From contig OX597824.1 of NCBI GenBank assembly GCA_951406725.2, forward strand, positions 32,736,001-32,800,000: 64,000 nt of DNA, in the 5' to 3' direction. Of this stretch, positions 53,284 through 64,000 are shown in pieces. A program made the translations under genes and the position numbers. Below the pieces are notes generated by a model, which saw nothing but the letters and a program-made list of their open reading frames with translations, did no database searches and was not told the origin of the DNA. This DNA comes from Octopus vulgaris. Lineage: Eukaryota. The stretch's first letter is position 1. Every line of letters begins with the position of its first letter.

Positions 53284-53900
53284 ATGCCACGCACAAAAAA
53301 TTCAGCAGAACTGTGAGATTTTCAAAGAGGTTGTATCGTTGGGCAATCTGAGGCTGGTCTTAGCCAGCGAAATATTGCTGAAAATCTTCAAATTCCTCTT
53401 GCTACTTTTAATAGAATTATAGTGCAATTCAAAAGCCGAGGGAAATAATCAACATATTCTCATCCCGTCCGACCTGGGCCCTCGGAAAGGAAGCTTTGCT
53501 GTTTGAAGAGAATTGTGGAAAACGAACCCCGTTCGAAGGCTTCTGATATTGCAAAACAGCTAGAAGTTAGTCCAAGAACGTGTGTTACATATCTGCATAA
53601 GCCTGAGTATTATGGACGAGCAGCTAGAAGAAACCTCTCCTTCAACCAATTAATATCATGAAAAGAAAGAAATGGGTTAAGGAGATGTAAGAAAAATCCA
53701 GTTCATTTTGGGAAAGAGGGATTTTCTCGGCTGAATCCGGATTGGCATTATTTTCAGACAGTGGACGTATTTGGGTCTGGAAGCTTCCCATTCAAGGATT
53801 TGATTTGAAACGACTCCAAGCAACTGTGAAACGTGGCGGTATCTCTGTAATGGTATGGGGAGCTGTCACCAGCAATGGTCGTTCTGAGCTGATCGAATGT
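53284..53900 (+). pseudogene. Tc1-like transposase remnant, 3'-truncated
   Basis: [31 protein letters not shown] (paired-like HTH); IFSAES (first catalytic D mutated); [16 protein letters not shown]; cut by a SINE fragment at ~53900. Confidence 0.85.
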
Positions 53901-55478
53901 GTTGAAGACACCTGCCCAAGGTGCTGCGCAGCGGGACAGAACCTGAATCCATCTGATTGCAAACTGACCTTTTTAACCACACATCTATGCCTGCGCCTAG
54001 TTGTATTATTAAATCTTCAGTTTCAAGTGAAATAACATTGTGATATTTCCACTGTTGATTGCGACGTAAATTATAGTGGCAAGATGCCTCATCCAGTTAT
54101 AATTTCAGGAAAGTTCAGACCGGCACTACAAAGACGTCTTGCATTACACTCTTGAACTCGAAGATCCCTTATTTACTGCTTTACTTAGATAATGATATTG
54201 TTATTTATTTCGCAATAAATTTACGAATTTCCTGTTTCGAATTAGGCTCATACATTCATATTTTATCCAATCATAGTCACCTTCATATCGCTCTTGTTTA
54301 CCGGTTGTTTCATTGTATTTCACTCGGCAACTAAGATTATCACATGACCCATCTCTGAAACCTAAAGACTAAAATATAGAAACAGGAAGACTTTTGTTTA
54401 AAATTTTTATAAAAGCGACTTACTATGAGCAAGTCTACTATTCACTAGCGGTAGTGAACTTCTTTTTTATTTGCAGGCGTAATTGTGTGGTAAGAAGTTT
54501 GCTTCTCAACCGCATGGTTCCTGGTTCAGTCCCACTGCGTAGTACGTTGGACATGTGTCTTCTACTATAGTCTCGAGATGACCAAAGACTTGTGAGTGGA
54601 TTTGGTAGACTGAAACTGGAAGAAGCCCATCGTGCGTGTGTGTGTGTGCGTGTGTTTCTGTGTTTGGCTCCCACCACCACTTGACGACCGGTGTTGGTTT
54701 GTTTACGTGCCTGTAACTTAGCGGTTCTGTAAAACAGACCGATAGAATAAGTACCAGGCTTTAAAAAAAATGTACTGGGGACGATTCATTCGACTAAAAA
54801 TTCTTCAATGCAGTCTAATGACTGAAACAAGTAAAAGATGAAATATAAAAAGATACAAATATAAAAACAAAAAAGCAATACGTGATTAGAAAAAGCAGGC
54901 TAAGTAAGTACTGTTGCCAGTCCCAAGACTCCTAGGGCAAGTTACTGGGTTTTCGTGAAGTTTAATCCTTTAGCATTCAGACAGGCCATATCTGGTATTT
55001 GATATGTCTTTATGTTCAAACTGGCCAGACTGGCCTCTCATACCTACCCCACTATGTCGTTCTAATTATAAACAATCACATCATCGAAATCGCGAAGCTC
55101 CGAGACAATATATGATTAATTAAAAAAAACAATGTGAATAAATAAACATTACATTTGACAGAAGAATCTAAATGGTAAAGGGTTAAGTGACCGCGTTGAC
55201 AACATCACTCCTGAACGGGACGCCAGTCTCCGTCGCAAGTTTACTCTCTTACAACAGCGTGGCTTGAAGTAAACATGAAGGTGAAGTATTTTACTTAAGA
55301 AAGCAACGCAGCACCGCCCAGTCCAGCTATAGAAACCACAAAGCTACGCAACTACACGGAAGCAGAGAGAGAGAGCGAGAGAGCGAGAGAGGGGGGGAGA
55401 CAGACAGACTGACAGGCAGGCAGACAGACAGACAGACAGACAGAGTGAGACAGAGGTTAAAGGAAACCGTTAACTTAC

Positions 55479-55541
55479 CCATTTGATACGAATTCCATGT
55501 TCGTCGTAATCCTCCAAATCACACATAAATACTTCTTCCAT
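55479..55541 (-). CDS. Probable first coding exon of an unidentified host gene (MEEVFMCDLEDYDEHGIRIKW, phase-0 intron)
   Basis: Kozak context AAACACC-ATG-G; 21 open codons; consensus donor G|GTAAGT; non-repetitive upstream sequence. No downstream exon identified. Confidence 0.6.
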
Positions 55542-56114
55542 GGTGTTTACAGTTTATTTTTACATAGTCTCATATCTCTATCTACACTCGTTACTTCGTC
55601 TCGCTAACATTTTCAGATTAACGTCAATGAATTTAACACAGAACGTTTAAAAAGACGTATAAAATTATATCCATTAGATCTAGATAGAAGTCTAACCCTT
55701 GTCGTTTGTATTGGTCTCGTTGCTCATTTTCCCTTCCAGCCTCAAACTCCGAAACTTATTGATAACAAGTATTTATTGCTTCTATTTAAGATGTGAATGG
55801 AAGGTCAATGGAAGAGGCCGACAAATAGATTTCTTTTAATTACTTTTTCTGTGTAATTATCGCCATAGTGATACAGTCTTAACGTCACTTCATGAATGGC
55901 TATGTTCCACCGAGGAGTAATTTGTTTCATTGGGAATCGCTGTTTTTTAGCTGATAGCCATGATAGCTGGCTAAATTAAATGAAAGCATTATCTCTTGAT
56001 TCGCCGCTACACAATAACACTTATTGACTAACTGACTGTTTCATTGACGTTTCAATTTGTTTATACTGTTATCAAGTTCACCACCAAACACCAGTGTGTT
56101 TCGACTATCACTCT

Positions 56115-56192
<78 letters not shown>

Positions 56193-56568
56193 ACATACGT
56201 GCATAGGAGCACGTACCAATATCCACTCTCACCTTCATATACACATGTACACAAGAACACACACACACACACATACACATTCACACAAATGACTAAGCTA
56301 ATGAGGAAGCCCTTACCTAATGTTGAGAACTGCTAGTAATAGCTGCCAAATCTCCCTAAATACACCCAACCTACTGTTATAAATAAGGAAGGGAATCATT
56401 TGGTAGTCAAGTTAGTCTTATACTTGGACATGTGGGGTGTTTGATTAAGGAGGAGTACAGGAGTTGATTTACCCTAAATTTTACACAAATAAAAAGCAAA
56501 TTTGAATTTTGAATAAAAGAAAGATGTCAATCAATCAGTGATACATAAACGGCACAAACTTTTAAATA

Positions 56569-57090
56569 CCGTAAATCCTCGAGTATAATCCGCATTTTCC
56601 CCAAAAAAATTTAAAGGTCAAAATCCCTAGTGCGTACTATATACGAAGTTAAAAATGAAAATTATTTTCTAAGCAATGTCCGCGTCTCTATTTGCTGTCT
56701 GGCAATGTTTATTCAAACACATTTTGTGATGTCGGGCGCGAAAATACCTTAAGCTAAGCCTGAAAGCAATGAAGTCATAAAAGAATCATCCATAACTTGC
56801 AATAAGCAACATTTATTATACGTTATTACTGTTATTACAGTTATTTCTTTATTTTCTGCAAATAAAATGCACAAAAAAGCTACACGTTTGCATTATGTTA
56901 TATATACAATAATAATAAAGGACGTTACCGTATACATTTTTACAAACCAAGGACGTTATATAGACCTCCTTGATTCAAGTTAGAGAAGGGGTGCGTATTA
57001 TACACAAGGTTTAGGTTTTTCAGAGATACAGCCCCCTAAATATCCCCTGCGTATTATACTCAAATGCGGACTATACTCGAGGATTTACGG
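56569..57090. mobile_element. Non-autonomous pogo/Tigger-like element, second family
   Basis: TA-CCGTAAATCCTCGAGTATAATCCGCA ... TGCGGACTATACTCGAGGATTTACGG-TA. Confidence 0.9.
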
Positions 57091-58939
57091 TAAATTGCCT
57101 TTTCTGACTATAGAACAAGAACAGCAACATAAAGTAATACAATAAGTCGATAGTGCTCTGCCGAATCACTTGATGCATCAAGATTAAACTAAACAGAAGG
57201 TGAATGTACAAAATATGTGAAGAATAGCTTTCAAATTCCTAAGTCAGACCGAATCCACATTTTTCTACAAATTCTCTTCCTACTGTTCTCGTCTGTTACA
57301 CTAGGAAATGTATAAGGCCAACTGTTACACATAGGTTCTATTGTTTAAATTAGCATTCTTCAAAAATCAATTCTACTTCTTTGGCCGCTCGGTCCCTGAC
57401 CAAAGAGCATCCCTCTTTCTTCCTTCTTTCTTCCGGGATCAATAGAAGAAGCACCTTTATGCGAGGGTCAACACAGCTCTTCCTCCTTTTAACATGTCTA
57501 AACTCACTTATTCTTTCTCTCTTTAGTAGTCGCCCACATATAAAGCTAACTACCATACAGAATGGATTATGGAGCTAAAACTAATTTGTGTACCATAACA
57601 ACTCAAACAACTTGAAGTAATAGTAACTTATTTTGTAACGATAATAATAGTGAAGAAAGGACCATTTCAACTAACAATAATTATGTTTCTTCTCTAATTC
57701 ATTCGAGGTATATCATCGTTACACTTGATAGTTATAGATGGTGACGCCGATGTGCAAACATTTACATATATATAACATTACGCTTGACCCTTATAAGTGG
57801 TGACCTCCAGTGTTTATAAACTGTTAAAACTGTATCTTACGTATGATCGTTATATATATGTCGGTCTTTACAATTAAATCGACCGTAATTCCATGATAAC
57901 TTTATTCTGACTTAACTAAGAAGTAGATATACGAAGTATCCTTTGGCAATTTGATCCAGTGTCACATTCATTATTGATTCATTAATCGGCGAGACAGTTT
58001 TATCTCTGTAGAATTTTTGCTTCCGTGAATGAGAATCGTATATCATTGATGATTTCTTTAATAATTTTGCCTAATTCTTCAGCGCATTTTCAAGTTGTTC
58101 CTCTTCGATTACTATCGCAAAGAGTAGTAGCTTTCTTCAACCGAATACACGTCGTTGATTGGTTGAAATTACCCAAATACGACAACTTTAACACGAAATA
58201 ATTTTCAAACTACGAAATTTTGTCAAAAACGTTCAGAGTAAACCGTGTTCTACGAGAGAAATTCTACCAGTATTCGAAGTTTCAAACTGTTCAGTTGAAA
58301 AAAAAATCTGTGACTGAGATGGAATAGATCCAAAAATTGTCTAACAAGCACATAAAATGTGTATTGTTTGCGAGAAATATTTATTTTAAAATTTTCAAAC
58401 GTGGCTGCGTGGTAAGAAGTTTGCTTCCAAACCACGCGGTTCGAGTTTCAGTTCCACTACGTGGCACTTTGGGCAAGTGTTTTTTTTTACTATAGTTCCG
58501 AGCCTGCATGCATGCATACATACATACATACATACATACATACATACATACCCTATAATTTAATGAGCATGAGAGAAAGAGGGGTCACCATCTTGTACGT
58601 AATAACAAGAAAATAGGAATTCGGGAGACGTTTGTAATAAGTCATAACATATTTATTACTGGAGGTAATCTGAGACTTCCTTCGATCATGACTGAGCATG
58701 GGATTGCACCTAGAAAGTTACCCTCTTAGGCACAAGTCCGGGAAAGGTTGTTTATGGAAGACCAGGTCCGGGATTCGAACTCTCAACCTCACGATCGTAA
58801 GCTCGACACTCTAGCCACTGAGCCGTGCACCTTCACTACTGGCGGTAACGCGTTAACATATAAGGTTAATTGAAGGAAAGCTCGTAACATCACACGAGCA
58901 TATTCTTTTTTGCAATTACATGTCTCCAAGTAAGTGAGA

Positions 58940-59120
58940 CGAACGTACGCACGAGCGGAAGCGTATGCGGCGGCATGATGGCGCGAATTTAGAAATGTGT
59001 TCCTTTATATAAGGGATGAACCGGAAGTCCCCGTTAACCGGAAGCTTCAACCGGAAAGTTCGAGAACGCTTGTTAAATCCCTTCTCCGTTTTGCTTTCCT
59101 GCTTGACCGCCAGGGTTCAC
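58940..59120. promoter_or_regulatory. CpG-rich promoter/enhancer-like motif cluster
   Basis: Three AACCGGAA ETS-type sites (CCGGAA cores at 59021, 59038, 59051), GCGGAAG, GATGGCGCGAA (YY1/E2F-like), TATATAAG at 59006. Confidence 0.45.
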
Positions 59121-59136
59121 TACATGCATATGTATA

Positions 59137-59643
59137 TAGGTGGCTAAAGCAATTAAAAACCAAAAAGGTAGAATATGTAAATAGAGGTGCAAATAGCAGC
59201 TACAATTGCTAGAAATAAGAGCTAAAACATATAACTAACTCGAAAAGCCACACAAAATCAAGAACCTCATGAGCTGTTCAAGGGACTTCGAGCGGCAAGC
59301 AACAACATCTTTCTCCAGCGAGATAAAACTCGCTGAATGAAGTAATTTGATAAGACTCTATCATATGATTTCGAAGTTTAACCAATAAAATGTCATTTCT
59401 CCTCAGGAGAATCCACAATTTACTCCGGGTTAAAGAGATAGCTTGTTTTCCATTCGCTAATAAGGGAAAATAACCACTGAACAGCGAGCGCTAAACTTCA
59501 AAATAGTTTGAGCATATATAGACATAAGATATTATAACGATCGAGTTATATTTTTTAGCTCTTGTTTCTTGCAATTGTAGGTCCTATTTGCCCCCTTATT
59601 TATTTATTCTACCATTTTGGTTTTTAATTGTTTTAGCCACCTG
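59137..59643. mobile_element. Tc1-like MITE with ~105-bp imperfect inverted repeats
   Basis: TAGGTGGCTAAAGCAATTAAAAACCA ... TGGTTTTTAATTGTTTTAGCCACCTG; TA flanks. Confidence 0.8.
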
Positions 59644-60521
59644 TATCATTACGTATTTAATATTTATAACGTATTTAATATATCGGTGGTAACCGTCTCG
59701 TTTTCTGTAATTACTAGGATGTGTGTAGCATTTAGTTGATAACAACATTTCGTATTTGCAATGGGAAGACTTTGGAGAGTCATACCACTTCACCATTTTC
59801 TGCTTGTGACGAACACGTTTTGAGGTCTTTCTGAACTGATTTCTTTTCTTCTAGCTTTCAAATGTAACTGTTATTTTGCACAAACGTTTTACAACCGTAA
59901 CGCAAAGGTTTGCTCTTATCGATGTCATAGGCAAATCAGGAAATGAAGTTTAAGCCATTCACTATTAAAAATTTCAGAAGTTGTTATATTCTGTCAAAAT
60001 TGATTGATTTGATCCATATTCAGTAATACTAACTTGCGGAAGCAGTGGAGCCTGCGAAGACATCCCATGGGTCATATTTATTGAATCGTTCTTATCTGTC
60101 ACTTAAGATATATTCAGATTTGGAGGAGATTCTGCAGAGATTTTATATTCTGTAGAAACCCGATTTTATATGTTCTAACCAGCAAGAATTCTGTATTGTT
60201 TATGCTATAAGATCAAAGAAACTTTGGGTGATAGGAAATAATCGTTTTTAACAGTAGAACTCGAAGTAAACAAAGCTATAAGTGCGTGTAAATTTCGAGT
60301 GTCACCGTTAAAAACAATATTCACACGCTGTTAACCCAATATTTATTCGCTATTGTTTTACCCAATATTTACAAGCATTTATTTATTGTATTATTTATTT
60401 CGAGTTCTACCGTTAAAAAGCGATATGTGTGTGTATGTATCAATATATATAATAGTGACCATAAATGTATGGATATATACATTTGTGCATATCAATAGAA
60501 AAATTCACATATTTGTTTGTG

Positions 60522-60590
<69 letters not shown>

Positions 60591-60627
60591 GTATGTAAAT
60601 ATATATATATGCATGTGTACATATATT

Positions 60628-60665
<38 letters not shown>

Positions 60666-60729
60666 CATACACACACATACATGCATACATACATGCATAT
60701 ATCTATCTATTTATCTATATCTATATCTA

Positions 60730-60801
<72 letters not shown>

Positions 60802-61464
60802 TGTATGAACAGTACGTATGTATGTATGTATGTATGTATGTATGTATGTATGTATGTATGTATGTATGTATGTATGTATGTATGTATGTATGTATATATG
60901 CTTGTATGTACTTGGCTTAACCATCAGGAATATATTCCAAATCATTTGGGAATGTCACTGTTACCAGACAGGCGTCCTGCGAAGATTTATCTTTCATCGC
61001 TTTACACTGAAGAGTCGTACTTGGAACTATTTACGTTTTGTTATTTGCATAAATTGTTAAATATTTACATATATTTGCATTAATTCTTTCGTGAATATTG
61101 TTGGTGCGATTAGGTTCTCAAAAATGGAAAGGAAAGGAAAAAGAAAAAAACAGAAACAAAAAAATAAAATGCGATTTAATGCAGTTTGGAACAATGAAAT
61201 TATTCAAAGTCGTAAATATAACTACGTTTATTTTGTCTCGTGTTGGCATATATGAATCAATATATGTGCCAACTTATAAGTCAGTCTGAAATTTTGCACT
61301 GGGACACGTTTTCCTAGGAGAAGGTAATAAACTTGCTCCTCTATTTTTCTTTTGAATATTGAATTTCAGTTATTAATATTTTAAAGATAAATCGTATTAT
61401 ACATGAGTATTATACTGCCTATTTTTACTCGTATTATACTGCCTATTTTACGTTTGTTTGCAAA

Positions 61465-61839
61465 TCTCTCTATATATAAAGCTGAAGTTGTCTGTGTATG
61501 GCAGTTTAGGTAGCCTTCAATTAACACTATCTCCTCCGAGACCCTGCGGCTCAAGTTGACCAAAATTGAAAGTATGTTAGAAGAAGGCTTGCTCTTCCTT
61601 CCGTAGAAGAAAAAAAATTCAAATCGGACCATGTTAACACCAAAATATATTTACATCAAAAAGGTGCTTTTTTTCTACGATTTTTTGACTGCTGTGTCGC
61701 CATTTTTCCGTGTATTTCAACCAGAAAAATGTTCACTTAAAGAGAATAACAAGCTGCATAATGCAAAATTTTTACTTTTCAAAAATTCCAGTTCTAAAGG
61801 ATCGAAACAAACTCGAGCAACGCCGGGCGATATTGATAG
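61465..61839 (+). mobile_element. Second copy of the same non-autonomous Helitron
   Basis: Reverse-complement match to 46735-47125; 3' end ATAG variant. Confidence 0.85.
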
Positions 61840-62139
61840 TATAGAATCATGGGCATTCCTAATATGCTAGTGCTTAGTAGACACATGCTACATATCAATA
61901 TTACAAGCCACTATTTTTTCCTAATTGGGACAGTTTTCTACTTCAAACATTTGAAAATATCTAAAGCTAAGAATCCTACTGAGCATTATATTGATTTTGT
62001 AGGATTTTCGTTATCTATCTCTGTGTGATATCTGCACTGGTAGGGTGCTTCACATATTTCCCTACAATGTTGTAGAAAGGAATAAAACGGCAGGAACACG
62101 AATAGCTGAACAAATAACAATAATGGTTTGTTATTTCAC

Positions 62140-62450
62140 AGAAGGAGATACTTCATCGCTGGTCATCGGTAGCGTGAAGGCTTGGATTAGGAAGGCAGCA
62201 GAATTGGATTAAATCACCATGGTTAAAACAGTCTCCACCGCCCGCGGAGTCTGGTTCGCCCCTTCGCTCAGAGCCTTATCGGGACACGTCTTAATTCATC
62301 GACCGCCAAGAGCCAAGAGGATTGGAATAGCGGGGAAGGCAAACTGCTCCTGATTCCTGCGCATGCGCATCAGGGGATTCCGGCGGCCTGCCGGAAGACA
62401 CCAAACATTACACATGTGCTGATGGACATCCTAAAATGGCGTCTAAAACT
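62140..62450. promoter_or_regulatory. GC-rich promoter-like region
   Basis: NRF1-type palindrome TGCGCATGCGCA (62358-62369), CCGGAAG (62391), AAAATGGCG YY1-like (62433), ATTGG boxes. Confidence 0.5.
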
Positions 62451-62633
62451 TGGCGTCAGAACAATTTCAAATTTTGCCCATTTTGGTACGGCCGGGGGGG
62501 GGGGGTAAGACGATACCATCGAAATCGTTGCTCAACTGGTTCTTATTTTATCGAACCCGAAAGCATGAGGGGCACAGTCGACCTCGGCGGAATTTGAACA
62601 GATCGCCGGCCTTAGGTTATTATATTAAGCTAA

Positions 62634-62862
62634 GGCGGCGAGCTGGCAGAAACGTTAGCACGCCGGGCGAAATGCTCAGCAGTATTTCGTCTGTCGTTAC
62701 GTTCTGAGTTCAAATTCCGCCGAGGTCGACTTTGCCTTTCATCCTTTCGAGGTCGATAAATAAAGTACCAGTTACGCACTGGGGTCGATGTAATCGACTT
62801 AATCCCTTTGTCTGTCCTTGTTTGTCCCCTCTATATTTAGCCCCTTGTGGGTAGTAAAGAAA
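62634..62862 (+). mobile_element. SINE family B monomer
   Basis: GGCGGCGAGCTGGCAGAAACG head through tail GTGGGTAGTAAAGAAATA. Confidence 0.9.
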
Positions 62863-63035
62863 TATATATTAAGCTAAGTAAAATTTTATCCAGGAGGAGA
62901 CGAGTCGATTACATTTATCCCAGTACCTGAGTGGTAGTTTTGTCTTATCGACAAGGTAGAGCTAGAAATCGGAACGTAGTGAACCTGAGGAAATACCGTA
63001 AAGCGGTTTATTTTTCTCCGACGCTCTAACGATTC

Positions 63036-63612
63036 TTATTTCTTTACTACCCACAAGGGGCTAAACATAAAGGAGGGACAAACAAGGTCAGACAAACGGA
63101 TTAAGCCGATTACATCGATTCCAGTGCGTAACTGGTACTTAATTTATCGACCCCGAAAGGATGAAAGGCAAAGTCGACCTCGGCGGAATTTGAACCCAGA
63201 ACGTAACGGCAGACGAAATACCTATTTCTTTACTACCCACAATTGGCCAAACACAGAGAGGACAAACAAGGACAGACAAACGGATTAAGTCGATTATATC
63301 GACTCCAGTGCGTAACTGGTACTTATTTAATGAAAGGCAAAGTCGACCTCGGCGGAATTTGAACTCAGAACGTAACGGCAGACGAAATACCTATTTCTTT
63401 ACTACCCACAAGGGGCTAAACACAGAGGGGACAAACAAGGACAGACATAGGTATTAAGTCGATTACATCGACCCCAGTGCGTAACTGGTACTTAATTTAT
63501 CGACCCCGAAAGGATGAAAGGCAAAGTCGACCTCGGCGGAATTTGAACTCACAACGTAACGCCAGACGAAATACCACTAAGCATTTTGCCCGGCGTGCTA
63601 ACGATTCTGCCA
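63036..63612 (-). mobile_element. SINE family B trimer nested in an older copy
   Basis: Three ~180-bp units plus head. Confidence 0.88.
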
Positions 63613-64000
63613 ACTAGCTGCCTCCGTTGCGATTATATTAATTTACGCTTGTTATTTATGTTGTTGTTTTATAAAGTTGACGAAGAAACTGCACGCAAAA
63701 TATTTCTCGCCTGTTTTAAAAAATCCTGATTTGATTTATGTTAAACAATAAATCAGATTCATTCAAAGACTCATATTTATGTTAAAATTAATAATTAAAC
63801 TCAATTCATTAAACTCAGTTTAATGAATCGGAATAGAAAAATAGAATGACAAGTAGATTAATTAGCATCCGCCCATTTTAACATCGTTATTAAATGTAAT
63901 CATTGGAAATTTCTTTAATTAATATTGGTTTCAATTTTTAAAACGAGGCCAGTGATTTGGGGGAAGTGGGTAAGTCGATTACATTAAACCCAGTGCTCAA

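Overview
Eukaryotic, AT-rich, very repeat-dense window. The SINE families and the density of (TA)n, (TATG)n, (CA)n and (TAA)n tracts point to an octopus/coleoid cephalopod genome; that assignment is from recognition, not a search. Almost all ORF-track entries are microsatellite artefacts. The real content is mostly mobile elements. (1) An apparently full-length R4/Dong non-LTR retrotransposon in a (TAA)n tract (20131-24081), one base away from an intact ~1227-aa ORF. (2) A 10-kb pile-up of further TAA-embedded retroelements: truncated Dong copies, a ~550-bp non-coding element and an internally deleted Tx1/L1-like LINE. (3) A decayed Penelope-like element plus dispersed termini carrying minimal hammerhead-ribozyme motifs. 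(4) RTE, mariner, Tc1, hAT, MULE and Helitron remnants and MITEs. (5) Several tRNA-derived SINE families, one forming tandem arrays with recurring junctions. One probable first coding exon of an unidentified host gene lies on the minus strand (55479-55541), with promoter-like motif clusters upstream, so much of the window may be intronic. No prokaryotic-type system, CRISPR array or true tRNA/rRNA gene was seen.
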